From assembly GCF_009914755.1 (NCBI RefSeq), contig NC_060939.1: DNA of 64,000 bases; one strand, 5' to 3'. The notes under the pieces are model-generated. The model worked only from the letters and a program-made list of their open reading frames with translations. It searched no databases and was not told the DNA's origin. A program made the translations under genes and the position numbers. Numbering within the stretch: the first letter of the stretch is position 1; each line of letters opens with the position of its first letter. This stretch comes from the human T2T-CHM13v2.0 reference genome, Homo sapiens. Shown in pieces: positions 30,481 to 50,202 of this stretch.

Positions 30481-32242
30481 TATGGTATCCTTGAATCTTT
30501 CCAGCTTCCCACACTTTTTGTTTTTGTTAGTCCTTACTGTTCTCTGTAGTGAGCAATGAAACCTCTAAAATGCAAAAGCTTTATGTGTTGTTTGGGGGAA
30601 CAGCAAGAAAGTAGAGAAGAATCGGGAAAGATCTGGCTTACTCTTGAGCCGGTGTTGGGAAGAGAGGAACCTGTAAAGATGGGGAAAAAGTCACCTGAGG
30701 GTTGGGATGTGTGACGAGGCAGCAAATGGTACGTGGGGAGATGGCCTGGGATGGAGAAGAGATCTGTGTGGGTTCCCTTGTAATGGGAATGCATAATGTT
30801 TTTGAAGAACTTCCAAAGGAGACTCTGGATTCCTTCAGCCATCCATCAACTCTCCCAGTGGCCTGAGTCACTAGAAAGGAAAAGGAGCCTACGGTCATTC
30901 CTACTGGCTTTTTACACAGACAGGTGAATCCTTGCACTGCCTGCATTATTAGCCTGTTGCATTTTTTAAACATTAAATACCTGTTGGTGTCATCCCTGTT
31001 TGAGCCAGGGTCTGAGAGTTCACTGCCAAAGCACTTACCCCATGTGTCTGAGAAGCATCACAGCCTGAGATGTCTTTGGTGTAAGCAGTCCCAGGAAGGA
31101 CTCCACATATATCTTTCATTCATCTATTGTTTGCAGTAGTTCTTGGGCCGTAGCAAAATCATAGGCACTTTGAGGACTGATTCATCTGCAGAACACTTTA
31201 GAATGGACTACACTGGGATGCTAAAGGGAGTTCATGGTTATGGAAAGAAGCCTGGGAGAAACTGCTCCTCAGCCACAAAGGCCTCCTCTCCTCCTCCCGG
31301 ATGGCTTTAATTGCTGCCCTAGGCAGTCTGAATTACCCGCCAGGAGAGGATTTCCCCTTCAAAAAACACAGCCTCCCTAAAACTGCTTTTGATTTGTAAT
31401 AGAAACTACTTAGTAGCTAGGACAGAGGCTGATAACTCCTATTCCCAGAACTCATTAAAACAAGGAATTTTAATAAGTATTTTTGCCCTTTGCAGCCCAG
31501 GTTTTTGGAAGTCCAGGCAGCTGTTCTCTAGATTTCACTGTCAAGCCGTAATGCATGCAATGCTTCAGCTTCTTTCCCTTGGCTCAAAACAGGTCTGAAG
31601 CAAGTTATTTTATCTACAATTCCCTCACACCATCCCACCCTGGTTACACAATTGCCATTTTCTCCAGCCAATACAATGCATAAGGCCAATTAACCTTCTG
31701 CCCATGACAGTTTCCTTTGAAATAGTCAAATCTTTGTACTTTACCTGAATTTGATGCAGGGCTTTTAAAAAACAATTTCTATGACAGTTACTAATTCTCC
31801 TTTAACCATGACTCCTAAAATTTGTTAGCTTTGCCCATCAAAACAAAAGAACAAGGTGAAATATATTGCAATTCCTCAACAAAGAAAAAGTTCCATTGTT
31901 TTGGGACACAGTCTCAAAAGAAAAGCTTGGAAATTTCTCTCCCATTTCTCCCTGTCTTTTAACTGTCAGTTTCTATGCAAGGCTCTATCACTGCCCTTCT
32001 TGATACCCTGCAAGGAGCTCCTGCCCCCACCCCTCTACTGAAACAGAACTCTTAAAGGTCACCGGTGATTGCCTAATATAAATCCAATGGCTGTTTCTCA
32101 GATTTCGTTCATGATGGCTCAGCAACATCTGACCCCATTGACTTCCTCTACTCTTTGAAATGCTGTCTGTCGGCAGCTCCTTCCTAGCGGTGTCCGTGTC
32201 TATCTGGTCTCTCCTCTGCTGTCATCCTTCCTGTTCTATCAA

Positions 32243-32450
32243 GAGGCAGTCTGAAGTGGTTAAGAGTGTGGGCTCTGCCTGTGATGTGAATCCTGGCTCT
32301 AGCACTTGCTAGAGTAGCTTTGAGTAAGTGATTTAACCCTCGTACCTCAGTGTCCTCATCGGTAAAATGGGGAGAAGAGTAGCTACGGCAGAGGATTAAA
32401 TAGTATGCTTAGTAAAGGGTAAGCACCCAACAAATGCTATTTTTTTTTAT
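32243..32450 (+). mobile_element. MIR SINE within L2 remnants
   Basis: GTGGTTAAGAGTGTGGGCTCTG...CCTCAGTGTCCTCATCGGTAAAATGGG. Confidence 0.8.
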
Positions 32451-33558
32451 CATATAACTTCCTGTGTACATGCCTGTAACTTTAGAATAAAACCCAAATG
32501 CCTCCCTCTAGCCATCAGGACCTCTAAGATCTGGCTCTCGTTTAGTTTGTTTATATCTCAGACCCTCCCCAGTGTGCGTCCACTTCTGAGGCTTTGTCCC
32601 GCGCACTCCCCACTCAACCACCCTCACCTCTTCCTATTCTGCCCCTCCTTCCCTGGCCAGAGGAGGGAAGAATGCCGAGGGGTGCCCCTGCCCAGGAGCC
32701 ACCAAGCACAGCCTGCTTTGTAGCAGAAGACAGCCTCCCTTGGGCATGGAGCCTGTCTCTCTCAGACAGAGTATGAATTACTTAAGGGCACCAGCTGTGA
32801 TTTATACTTTTAAAAAATATCTTCCTCAGCATTTAGCACTATAACTTTACACATAGTGGGAATTTAACTCATATCTTTTAACTGCCAAAACATTATGGTT
32901 TTACTTGGCCCTTCCAAAATCCTTTTTCCTCCTAAATTGAAACCTGTATTGATCAGTCCTGGAGCTCATGTAAGCTTGATACGGGATAATTAAGTCAACA
33001 CCACAGGGAGAGTTACCCATGTCAGAACCTTCTTGGAACGAGGAGGGATATATAGAAATAATTAAAATAATGAGAGCACAGGGAATAATTTAATGCTTTT
33101 AAAAAGTAGCTTGAAATCCTACCAACCTATAAAGCTGTTAGAATTTTTAAGAAGTGTTTAGAAGTTTTTTCTATACTCTCTACTCTCAGAATAAAATGAG
33201 CTGTAAAGCTGTGAGTATCAAATCTATCAACCCTTCAGACCTTGCTATAGGCCTGCTCTGGAGCCACTGTGTTCTAGTCCTGCTTGCTTTCTCCTTCCTG
33301 CCCTGGTGAAGAGGGCATTGAAGTTGGATGAAAATCAAAGGAAGGGCTGCCTACTTAAAAAAAAAAAAAAAAATTAACCCCTTTATTGGCGTTGTGAGTT
33401 GGCCTGGCAAAGACAGCCTAAGTTTTCATCGGCATCTGCTGTGTGTGTCCCTGGGGTCATGAAGAGTGCCAGAGCTGTGCTGCCAGTATAACAGCTTCCC
33501 ACCCCACAACCCTGGAAGCCACAAAGGACCATATGCTTTGCATCTTGACATTCTGTAG

Positions 33559-33787
33559 CAGAGTTTCTCAACTTCAACACTGTTGACACATGGGGCCAGG
33601 TGACTCTTTGTTGCAGGGGCAGTCCTGTGCATTGTAGGATATTTAGCAGCATCCGTGACCCTTACCCACTAGATGCCACCGGTACTACCGCGATTACCCC
33701 CCGTCCCCAGTGGTGACAACCAAAAATGTCTCCAGAAATTGCCAAATGTCCCCTAGGGTGCAAAGTCACCCCCATTTGAGAACCGTT
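33559..33787. mobile_element. MER20 (hAT-Charlie DNA transposon)
   Basis: TIR-like ends CAGAGTTTCTCAAC...TTGAGAACCG; TGACAACCAAAAATGTCTCCAGA. Confidence 0.9.
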
Positions 33788-34075
33788 CTCCATAGGATCA
33801 ATACAGAAAACTCAGCATCTTTCTAGTTTGAAGAATACAGAACTTAGATAATTTGGGTCAAATGAAGATGAAGATTGGGTTATAATATACATGAAAGGTA
33901 AATTTGGGTTTGAAATTACACAGACAAGGAAAATTTAGACTCTATAAGCAGTTGTAGATTATATCATAAATAAGGAGATGTAAACAAATTACAGAAATGC
34001 AGACCATCTTCTTACTCCTGAAGGCCTCGGGTCTAGATGCAACAGCACATTCTGGGACTGTTAAAATCATCCTTG

Positions 34076-34392
<317 letters not shown>

Positions 34393-35169
34393 TCATTCTT
34401 GGGTTTTTTTTTTTTTGGCATTGTATTTAAGAGCTTAAAGTATGCAATAACACATCCTGTGACTGTTAAAATCATCCTTGGGGTATTTTTTTGTGGGGGG
34501 CATTGTAATTTAAGTGCTCAAAGTACTTGTCGGCCTTTGACAATAAGTATATCAAACCAAAAATAATTAATATTTCTGGAGAAATCTGAAATATTTGATT
34601 ATGACTGGAGGGAATTATATTTGACCTGCAAAGGGCCAGCTCTCCCCACCAGAGCCTGCTTCTGACCATAAAGCCACTCTAAGACAGCACTCGCAGGTGC
34701 TGCATAAAGTAGGACTGACAAGGTACTTTGTGCTTTGCTGAAAGGCCACAATTGCTCAGTAATCTTCATGGCTCTTAGAAAATTTAGCTGGAGACTTGTG
34801 ATTTAAAACCCACCTCCAATTGACAGTCATCATTATGTTCTTTCTAAATGCAGTAGCAGAAATTGCATGCCATACCCAAAGGCTAAAAGTGACAGTTAAA
34901 ATACATGCTTTCTGAAAAACTTTAAGGCCCCAACTTTGGGAGAGACCTGATTTGGCCAGAGATTACCTTTGGCTTGTTAATTGCCCTAGGGATGGGAAAG
35001 TGTTTACACAGATGATCTCCAAAATGTTCCCTACGAATAGTCTAGAAATAAGCCTTGTGTAGTTTCTCAAAAGGAGGCAAGGTAGAATTACTAATTCCAT
35101 AGACTACTGTATCTTCAGTGTTCCAGACTTGTGCTAACAGGTGGAAGGAACTCCAAAGATCATATCCAA

Positions 35170-35551
35170 TACAGTGGACTGAGTTGTTTCCCCTCCAAAA
35201 AATATATGTATATGTTGAAGCCCTAACCCCCAATGTGACTTATCAGGAGATAGGGTCTTTAGGAGATAATAAAGGATAAATGATGTCATAAGGGTCGGTC
35301 CCTAATCTGATAGTACTGTACCCTTATAAAAAGAGGAAGAAAGATACTATCTCTCTCTCCTGCTTCCATGTGAGGACACAGTGAGAAGGTGGCTGTCTGC
35401 AAGCCAGGAAGAGAGCCCTTACAGAACTTGACCATGCTGGCATCCTGATCCAGGACTTCCAGCCTTCCAGAACTGTAAGAAAATAACTTTCTGTTGTTTA
35501 AGCCACCCAATCTATGATATTCTGTTATGGCAGCCTGCACTAACTAATACA
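35170..35551 (+). mobile_element. MLT1A-type solo LTR inside a MIR
   Basis: ATGTTGAAGCCCTAACCCCCAATGTGACT...TTTAAGCCACCC...CTAATACA. Confidence 0.88.
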
Positions 35552-36194
35552 TCCAGCATCCTTGTTGTACAGATGAAGAAACTGGATCCAGACAGGTAGA
35601 CTTGCAAGAGGTCAAGCTACTAATGAGTGGCAGGGCTGGAACATAGTGCCTGTGCTTCGTGACTCCTAGCCCAGTGTACATTCTCCTTCCCACACTTTCT
35701 CCCGTCATATGGTCATCTTATTTATCATCTCTAGAACCTACAGCACATCACTTCTGTGAGCATCAGGGTCCTTATGCTTGCCCTGTTTATCTCAGGATTG
35801 TTGCAAGGATCAGTGACATAGCAGAAAAAAGATAGTTTAAGTTTTCAAACTACAAAATATTGTACGAACATGTCATACTGAACTCAGATTCGGCCTAGTT
35901 AGCAGGAATCTATCTGCCTCTGGAAATTGTAAGTCTAGTCAAGTAGGTAGCTCTGTGAGGTCACACTAGGCTAGGTCGACTCATGGGTGGGCTGGCTGTT
36001 GGCTTTAAGGAATAGATCAAAGGACAGAAAAAGCAGGAGGAGATAGGGCCTGGTTTGGTGATGAACCACCTCAAAGCGAGATGATTGCTCTTCTCTTTGG
36101 TTGAGTTGTAAAAGCTGAGGTTGATATGAGTTTGCATAGTAAGAGGAATGTTCCTCTTAAAGAGGATAGACTGTCAGAGCTGGAGGAGACCTTA

Positions 36195-36589
<395 letters not shown>

Positions 36590-36635
36590 TTATAAACTAT
36601 AAGATATTGTACAACTGTAAATACCATTCTCAGCT

Positions 36636-36742
36636 CAACTTTTATTGAATGTATTGAATATTATACAACCTTTATTGCATTTATTGAATATTTATTGAAT
36701 TTATTGAATATTATGCAACGTTTATTGCATTTATTGAATATT
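36636..36742. repeat. AT-rich minisatellite built from TTTATTG(A/C)A(TA) units
   Basis: Repeated TTTATTGAATA and TTTATTGCA with a higher-order duplication. Confidence 0.85.
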
Positions 36743-36759
36743 CCTAATATTGAAGTAGA

Positions 36760-37220
36760 TCAGGAAGGAATGTGTTTATCTGGGAGTAAGAAAATCTGAA
36801 AAACAGTGACTTAAATAGGCGGATATCTTATTTTCCTTGTGTAATAAGTCTAGAGGCAGAAATCCAGGGCTTGTCCGGCTGCTCAGGGCTGTCATCAGAG
36901 GCTGAGGTTCTATTTAGCATTCTGTTCATAGTCATGGATGGCTGCTTCACCTCCAGGCATTTCATCTGTGTTCCAGTTAGGAAGAAGGAGGAAGGATGAA
37001 GATGAGGCATGAAAGCCTTTTTCCTTCCAGGTTTTGCCTTCATATTGGAGAAGGGACTTATTTCTTTATTTTATTCATCACAACTGTATCACATGACTAC
37101 TTCTGAATGCTAAGGACTATGGAAATTCAACTGTTTTGCTTTCTGGCCTCTAGAATAGAGGGAGACAAGGAAGAAAGGAATTGAAATGGGGGCTGTGAGC
37201 CAAGCATGTTTATGACAGAA
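36760..37220 (-). mobile_element. Old MLT1J/K/L-type LTR
   Basis: AAGTCTAGAGGCAG...ATGGCTGCTTCACCTCCAGGCAT...ACTGTATCACATG. Confidence 0.6.
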
Positions 37221-37953
37221 GAACATGGGCACTTCTGCAGAGTCATAAGGTCTTAGAGAGCCAGCTCAGAAAATAATGGTGGCTAGGTACAGCTCAAGTA
37301 CTCTAGTACTACTACTCTAGTACTCTGGGCTACCCACTCCCAGTCAACACTGCCATACCTCTGGAACTTATTCCACCACAGCTAGACTTTTCCATTCTTA
37401 TTAAGGATTCAAAGTTCTTGGCTGAGCCCAGGTCACATTTCCATGCTATAACTACATTGCAAGGGTAGGGAGAAAGACAATATGTCCCCTCCCTCTTGGG
37501 CTTCCATAATGGGGAAGAGGGGACCTTGCCAGCCACCTATCTTGATATTCCTCCAAATACAGAGGGTCCTCCAATGCTAGGCCACCAAAAATGACAAATA
37601 CTTACCCTCCCACTATTTTACAGATGTGGAGCCTGAGGCCCAGAAAGAGGAAAGTGCTCAGTCAGTGCCACATAGTCATTGAAGGACAGACTCAGGAGTT
37701 TGTCTTATCCTGACACACCCAGTCTGGTTTGTCCCGGGGAAGAAGCAACTTTCAGAGTCTTTTCCTTAGGCTCCTTGACGTTCTATATGATAAAGGGGGT
37801 TGTCTTGGGAGGCAGCCACTCCTTTCTGCAGAAGTTCCTGGGTAGATCCCTTGCTACCCCAGGAACTTCCAGCAGCTGCTTCCTCTTTGTGTAGTGCCAA
37901 GGCTTTACAAAATTAAGAAGTACCTCCTCCCTGCAGACAACATTCAGGATTCC

Positions 37954-39198
<1,245 letters not shown>

Positions 39199-39303
39199 TC
39201 AGGACTTCCTGAGTCTAGTCCCAGCTTTTTCACAAACTAGGAGTGAGCCTCTGGACAAGTCGCTTCACTTTTCTGGGTCCTGGCATCCTCTCCTGTCCAA
39301 TGA

Positions 39304-40282
<979 letters not shown>

Positions 40283-40961
40283 TAAAACAGCAGGATAAAA
40301 TAATTCACACAGTGAGTTGGCTTTACAAATTGTACTTCAGTTATATTGGTTGGAAAAGTCAAGCATAGATGAATGGCATTTGGCAGAAGAAAACCTTAGT
40401 ATATCTGAAACCCTTAATTATACACTGTAGGCAGCTTTGTAGCTTGGTCTGTGTCAAAAGACACCACACTATCAAATGACACATTGTAGAAGTATTCAGA
40501 ATTTTGCAAGAGCTTATTCATGTGTGGCATGATTGGCCTGTGTCAGACAGTTAACATCTGCATTTCCACCTGAGTCTGCATTTGAAAACCTGAACTCACC
40601 TGGCCTCTTGTCCAGTTCTTGTGGAGATGAGGCCGTTGAAATTGACCACACTCAATGGGATGTTTGAGGACTGTAGTTTGTGACACATGTTTTATTTTCA
40701 GATTTTGTTTGTAGTCGAATACTATTGCCACACTGGGTATAAGTTTTATACATGGCTTTTCATGTGTTTTTATTGTACAAGGAATACATAAAAGTCACAC
40801 ATAAATTACATAATTCACATAATGCATAAATTGGAAATGCTTTTTTGCATTAAGGAAAAAAGTCATCTATAATCCTACTACCCATAGATAATTATTATTC
40901 ACCTTTTGCACCTATCCTTTCAGACTGGTTATTCATATGCACGTATCTGTATATAAATGAT

Positions 40962-41150
40962 ATTTTATTTTTCATTTTTAATTGTGGTAAAATGCACATA
41001 ACTTGCAATTTACAGTTTTAACCATGTTTAAATGTATGGTTCGGGGTGTTAAGTACATGGATGCTGTGCAGTCGTCACCACCATCCACGTCTGGAATTCT
41101 TTTCGCCTTGCAAAGTCAAAATTGGACCCATTAAACACAAAAACTCTACT
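40962..41150 (-). mobile_element. L1MB 3' end fragment
   Basis: TTAATTGTGGTAAAAT...TAAGTACAT...TGTGCA...CACCACCATCCA. Confidence 0.75.
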
Positions 41151-41279
41151 CCTTTACAGCTTTGCACTACCCCCACTTTATGATATTGACACTTCAAATT
41201 AATGCTTATATAATATTTTATTTTATAATATGTTTTAATGTATTATATGTCGTCTTTGCTGTGGACATCAAAGAGGCCT

Positions 41280-42430
41280 GTGGAATGAGAATGTCGAGAT
41301 TAAGGGGATAGGAAATAAACTGGAAAGGGAGAATTTAGGGCCTTGTAGACCATGGTGAGGATTTGAATTTCATAAAATTTATTGGGACACCTTGGAGTAT
41401 TGACAGCAGAGGAGTGGCATGACTGAGATGGTTTGAGAAGAGTCACTTGGCTGTGATGTGATGGTAGACCACATGGGGTGAGGAGGAGACAGAAAGGCAC
41501 TTAGAGGGCTGTTTCAGTAACCCAGGTAAGAGATGGGGTAGCTTGAACCAGGGTGCTGTCAGTGTGGGACATGGGGTTGGATTCTGGATATATTTTGAAG
41601 GTGGAGCTGGTAGGATTTGCTGATGGATTGGTTGTGGGGTGGGAGAGAAAGAAAGAAGTCAAGATTAACTTCAAGGTGTTTGGCCTGAACAATTGGAGGG
41701 ATAAAATTGCCATTTATTCCAGTGGAGATAGAGGAGGAGCAGATTTTAAGTAGGGGGAAATAAAGAGTTCTGTTTCAATCATGTTACATTTTACAATCTG
41801 TGAGACATGTAATTGAAGATGTCAAGTAGACAGTTGGATATGCAAATCTGAAGTTCTGGGGAGAAGATGGGGCTGGAGACAGAAATTTTAGAGCCAGGGT
41901 ATGTGGATGACATTTTGAGCCATGACATTGAATGAGCTCACCTAGGCCCTGGGAGAGAAGGTAGATGGAGAAGAGAAAGGGGCTGAGTAATGAGCCCTAG
42001 GGCATAGCAACAGTTAGAGGTCAAGAGGAGGAGGAAGACCCAGAGGAGGAAATTGAGAAAGAACATTCAGTGAAGGGAGAGGAAAACCAGATGGTGTGGT
42101 CTCCTGAAAGCTAGGCAAAATAGTGTTTCAAGGAGCTGTAAGTGATTGGTTGTGTCTAATGCACCTAAGAGGTTGCATGTTTTACTTGCCAATATGAAGG
42201 TCATGGCTTATGTTTGAAATGAAGCTTCAGACACCAGGGTCTGTGTCAACTTAATGATACGACATGTTGGGGACCCCTCAATCAGGCAATTCTCCCTCAT
42301 TTTGTTGCTTCATTAATCCAGCAGACATTTATCAGACACTTTCTACATGCTTCACACTTCTAGGCACAGAGAGTAACCAAAATGAATCACACCACAGCCC
42401 TTGCCTTTAAAATAGGTTAGGAGTCCGAGA
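41280..42430 (-). mobile_element. L2 fragments
   Basis: GATTCTGGATATATTTTGAAGGTGGAGC...AGGATTTGCTGATGGATTGG. Confidence 0.85.
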
Positions 42431-42550
42431 CTTAGATATATAGGAGTGTCAGATCTGAGTCTCTCATCTATCACATACATTTTTAAATTGGGGCTGTATT
42501 TTAGCTACACAAATTATTCACCAAATTCTGGAGGAGAATGAAGAGAAGGC

Positions 42551-42553
<3 letters not shown>

Positions 42554-42591
<38 letters not shown>

Positions 42592-42873
42592 AGACACGGC
42601 CTTTCTCTGTGTCCCGGGCTGGAGTGCAGTGGCACAATCATGGCTCGCTGCTGCAGCCTCCATCTTCCAGGACCAAGCAATCCTCCCTCAGCCCCCCGAG
42701 TAGCTGGGACCACAGGTACATACCACCATGCCTGGCTAATTTTTTAATTTTTCTGTAGAAACAGGGTTTCACTTTGTTGCCCAAGCTGGTCTCAAACTCC
42801 TGGACTCAAGTGATCCTCCTGTCTAGGGCTCCCAAAGTGTTGGGATTACAGGCATGAGCCACTGTGCCTGGCC
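42554..42873 (-). mobile_element. AluJ with T37 tail
   Basis: TSD AGAAGGCAGCT. Confidence 0.9.
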
Positions 42874-43280
42874 AAGAAGGCAGCTCTTCAAGCCTTCTAA
42901 CGTTCCATCCTGAAGATCTGTGCCTTATTTCTTGATAGCAAGTCACCTCTCCTGTTTCTTGATTATCTTTCTAGTTACCAGTTATATAAGAAAACTTTCT
43001 CTTCTAGCTGAATGTTAAATATCTCATCTTCCAGGAGACAGGCATCTAACTTTCTAAATAAATTAACCCAATATAAATACACTCCTTCTCTTGGACCCTC
43101 AAGCAATGGGTGCCTCTTTCCTGCCTGAGAATAAACAATAGTATTGTTTTGATGTGGGCTCTGGCCTATGCTTAAATATTCACACGGTCCCTTTACATTC
43201 ATAAACCAACAATTTAACAAAATTCCAACAATATGCTATATGACATACATCGAGTCTTATTTGAGAAAGAAAATCCCACT

Positions 43281-43333
43281 CAGGAAGAGTTTACCAATTC
43301 CTAGGCAGGAAGAGTTTACCAATTCCTAGGCAG
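43281..43333. repeat. Perfect 25-bp tandem duplication
   Basis: CAGGAAGAGTTTACCAATTCCTAGG twice, plus CAG. Confidence 0.95.
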
Positions 43334-43650
43334 AAATGATACTCACAGGCAGAGCAAGAAGACCTCATAGTTAGGCAAGATCATGAGCAGGCGTGGAGGG
43401 TAAGGAACTGTCATGAATGGTTCCTAGGAAGGTCGGGCATTAGATGGGCCTCAAAAGATAGAAAGGATTTGAACAGGTAGGGCAAAAGATAATTATGCAA
43501 GAGTATTTAATAGCATATTTAAAGATGATGCTGATTGTGATTACAATTTATAATAGGCTGGCCTGAAAAGATGGATTCATTGCCAGAAGTAATTCCTTTT
43601 CAACCACGCACACATGAAATCCAGTCATGTATTGAGGATAAAATCTCTGA

Positions 43651-44034
<384 letters not shown>

Positions 44035-44148
44035 TGAATTTGGAAATAAGATTGTCTTAATTTGCCTATTTATTTTCATTCATGTGTGAGACATTGAAGA
44101 CATATCAACACGGATACAATCCCAGTCCTCAAAATCCACAAATGGTGG

Positions 44149-44610
44149 TGTGGTAAGTCAAAAGCTGGTCCTGTACAAGATATCCACACAAATACCTGGA
44201 ATCTGTGAATGTTACCTTATCTGGAAAAGGGGTCTTTGCAGATGAGATTAAATTAAGGATCTTGAGATAAGATAATTCTGGATTATCAGATGGGCAGTAA
44301 ATACCATCACAAGAGTCCTTATAGGAGAGAGGCAGAGGAAGATTAGCCTCAGAAGAAGTTGTGGCAGCAACGTGACCGTGGATACAGAGACTGGATTGAT
44401 GAAACTACAAGCCAAGGAGTTCCTGGAGTGACCAGAAGCTGGAAGAAGAAAGGAATGGATTCTCCCCTACAAGCCTTAGAGGGAGCTAGGCCCTCACGAC
44501 ACCTTGATTTTGGACCTCTGGCCTCCAAAACTGTGAGAGAATAAGTTTCTGTTGTTTGAAGCCACCAAGTTTTTGGTGATTTGTTTTAGCAGCCAAAAGA
44601 AACTAATATA
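44149..44610 (+). mobile_element. MLT1C/D-type solo LTR
   Basis: CTGTGAATGTTACCTTAT..GGAAAAGGGGTCTTTGCAGATG...GAAACTAATA. Confidence 0.88.
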
Positions 44611-45464
44611 GATGGTATTCATTCTTATGGGAGTAAACACATGGTAAATGGGGATTTGAAAGAACCCAATACTTTAGCCAAGGTGACCTTCTTTGTAAGG
44701 GAGGCAAGTCCAGAACACAGTTGTCATTTAGTATCCATTTGTTTAACATCCTGTTTAGAGAAAAACTGTGTGGATGGTAGTGGGGCAGTTGACCTGAGAA
44801 CATAGAGAAGAGAAGCCAGAGAACTACAGATTTGCAGCGAATGTCGCCGACTCTGTCAGGCCTGAACTTTGTGGTGCTGGAGACAAAAGCTTTGTTGTGG
44901 TCCTGGAAGGGTCACTGGGCTTCCCCATGGCCCAGATGGATCCCCTCAAGGTGCCCTGCCTCTTTGCTTTGATTCCATGCGACTTACAGTCACAGAGCAG
45001 CTTCCAGGTGTTCTGACCCGGGGCCCCGGTAGTGAATATGAGCATTTTCAATACTGGAATAAAAGCCTCCTCTCTTTCTCACACACACACAGATGAATAC
45101 ATTTTCAGCTTGATTTTTATTTCTTGTGAGTCTGATTAGCACGACTTAGCTAATCATGCTAAGTTTGACTCAACCTTGAGTCTGACAAAACTTGAAGCCA
45201 CATCCTGACACTTAGTAAATTTGCCAAGCTAAAGCCACACAATGAAAATTGATACACAGCCTTTGGGTCTTCCAGATACTATCTAATGTCACCATTGATC
45301 TCTCTGTGCTACCTCAAGGGACATCACACTTCTCCCTCAATTCAAAATCTGGGAAATGTGTTTATTCAGCAGTTTTTTTTCTGGGCACTTACATATGAGG
45401 GTGAACCGAGGAACTGCCAGGGCTGGAGACTTCCTTCCCTAAAGGGAAGAACAACCTCAACTCG

Positions 45465-46590
<1,126 letters not shown>

Positions 46591-46800
46591 TAGGTCGTAA
46601 GTTTGGAAAAGATGCCAAGACTAGAGTGAATCTTGATTATGGTAAATAAATATGAGGTCAACAACAGCACAGACTAAATAGACCTCAATTTGTAAGTGCA
46701 AGAGCTGTAAGATAGCATAAAGATGCTTGGCAGTAATTGAGAGGCCACCTTATCTGTGTCAGCAATGACTTAACAGTGATGTTTCCTTTTAAGATCCTTC

Positions 46801-47436
<636 letters not shown>

Positions 47437-47635
47437 AAAGGCACCATTTCAAACTGGGAACAACTACCTGCCCATTGAGCCCTCCTGCCGTCCTCTCATT
47501 AGGATTATTTCAGGAGTACTGCACTCTACAGATGGAGCTAGTTCCCATATCACCTGCTGTTCTTTGCTGGAGCGGCCACCTGTCTCCTGGCCCAGGGCCC
47601 TCACAGCTTTGTAACTCTGTATGGACACGCCATGG

Positions 47636-47936
47636 ATTTTTTCTTTTTTTTTAGGAGACTGTCTCGCTCTGCCACCCAAGCTAGAGTGAAATGGCATGAT
47701 GATAGCTCACTGCAGCCTCAAACTCCTGGGCTCAAGCAGTCCTCCCACCTCAGCCTCAGTGTAGCTAGGACTACAGGCGTGCACCACTGTGCCCAGCTAA
47801 TTTTTTTTTTTTTTAATTTGTAGAGATGAGGTCTCATTATGTTGCCCAGGCTGGTCTCCAACCCTTGGCTTCAAACGACCCTTCCACCTGGCCTCCCAGA
47901 GTGCTGGGATTACAGGCATGAGCCTCCGTACCCAGC
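47636..47936 (-). mobile_element. AluJ
   Basis: Alu reverse complement. Confidence 0.88.
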
Positions 47937-49123
47937 ACCCTGGGGATGATTCTGAAGGCCCTTTCTCTATTGGGATAGATTTTTCTTCTAACAGCTGCCT
48001 CACCTATAATCACTCTCTCTGGTTACCACTCAGGTGATTGCCATCTTGGCGTTCGTGTACCGAGTTCAAAAGGTCACAAGAAGGCAAGTCTCCGTGTTAC
48101 TTTTCTCCCATGCTATTGACTATGGACAAGTCATTGCCCTCATCTTTAGTTAGCTTAACCTGTGATGCACTCTGGTATTCCTTTCTTATCCTTCCGTTTC
48201 CAATAAGAGGATAATGTGTTCTCTGCCAGAGTAACTTCTGCATCCTCAAACTGCCTTATTTCTTAGTTCATTCATAGGAGACCCTGGAGGTCACATTATG
48301 AAAATTAAACCCATCCTTAAGGCAAAAACTGCCTATATCACCTTCCACTGTGCCTGGGCTCACTAACGATGATGTTCCAGCCATACTGAAGCAAAACATC
48401 TAAAGCCAATAAGAAGGGAACCAAATGAATAGGCTTCCAAGTTGCCCTGGCTCCTCGCGGTTGAGTCCTTTGGACCTAGGTTCCAGTTCCAGGTCAGACA
48501 CTCACTGACAGTGTAGACAGTGGCAAGGTTCTTCACCTTCCTGAACCTGAGTGTCCATATCTGTAAATCGGGTCTGTATACTTGGAGGTTGTTGTGAAAA
48601 TCTGGTAGATGGCGAATGTATGAGAAAGCTTCCAACACTACCAGTTACATGGTCACCACACTGCAAATCTGCCCACCATGATCATGGGGACAATCCATGG
48701 CACAGCTGGAAGAGTGCCTATCTGATGGCATTATGCAGATTCAGGAAAATGCCCCCTGGACCACATGACTGTAACAATGCCTCTCCCAGCAGTAGTGTTT
48801 TTTCCTCTAGGACCTTCCCTGTTTTCCCACCCTTTTCTCTTACCTCAAAGGAAGAATCGTTCTTCCTTTTCAAAACTAATGATCTTTGTATTCTCAATTC
48901 CATCCCCTCCCACCTATGTCAGAACCGTATTTCCATGCTTCATCTCTTCATCCTCTGTTGGCTGTATTGCATCAACAAACTCAAGTCATGTCTTTGCTTA
49001 AAAACACTCTTCCCACAACCCTGTAGCCTGCTCAAAATACATATAGTCTCTTTTTCCTTTAGGTGTCAAATTTCTTGAACACTTCTAAACTTTATTAATT
49101 TAGCAAATGTATGTTATGCATGA

Positions 49124-50062
<939 letters not shown>

Positions 50063-50118
50063 ATGGTCACGTGCTAGGTGCAATGACAAGCAATGGGGAA
50101 CCGTCAGGGGTGCTGATA

Positions 50119-50202
50119 CTCTTTTTTTTTTTTTTTTGAGTTGGAGTCTTGCTCTGTCGCCCAGGCTGGAGTGCAGTGGTGCGATCTCAGCTCACTGCAA
50201 GC
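50119..50202 (-). mobile_element. Severely 5'-truncated Alu (AluY-like)
   Basis: Poly-T plus about 65 nt of Alu 3' end; TSD GCTGATACT. Confidence 0.85.

Noticed and set aside
28300-32000. Repeat-poor intron 1 stretch as exons or enhancers
   Set aside because: Plausibly regulatory, but I could not support any paired splice sites or distinctive motif cluster from sequence alone.
36636-36742. CRISPR-like array
   Set aside because: No unique spacers; a simple AT-rich tandem repeat in a human intron.
42554-42590. T37 tract as a sign of recent insertion
   Set aside because: The attached Alu is a diverged AluJ; homopolymer expansion is the simpler explanation.
48551-49078. 175-aa ORF
   Set aside because: Non-ATG start, overlaps MIR/L2-like sequence, and has no splice or domain support.
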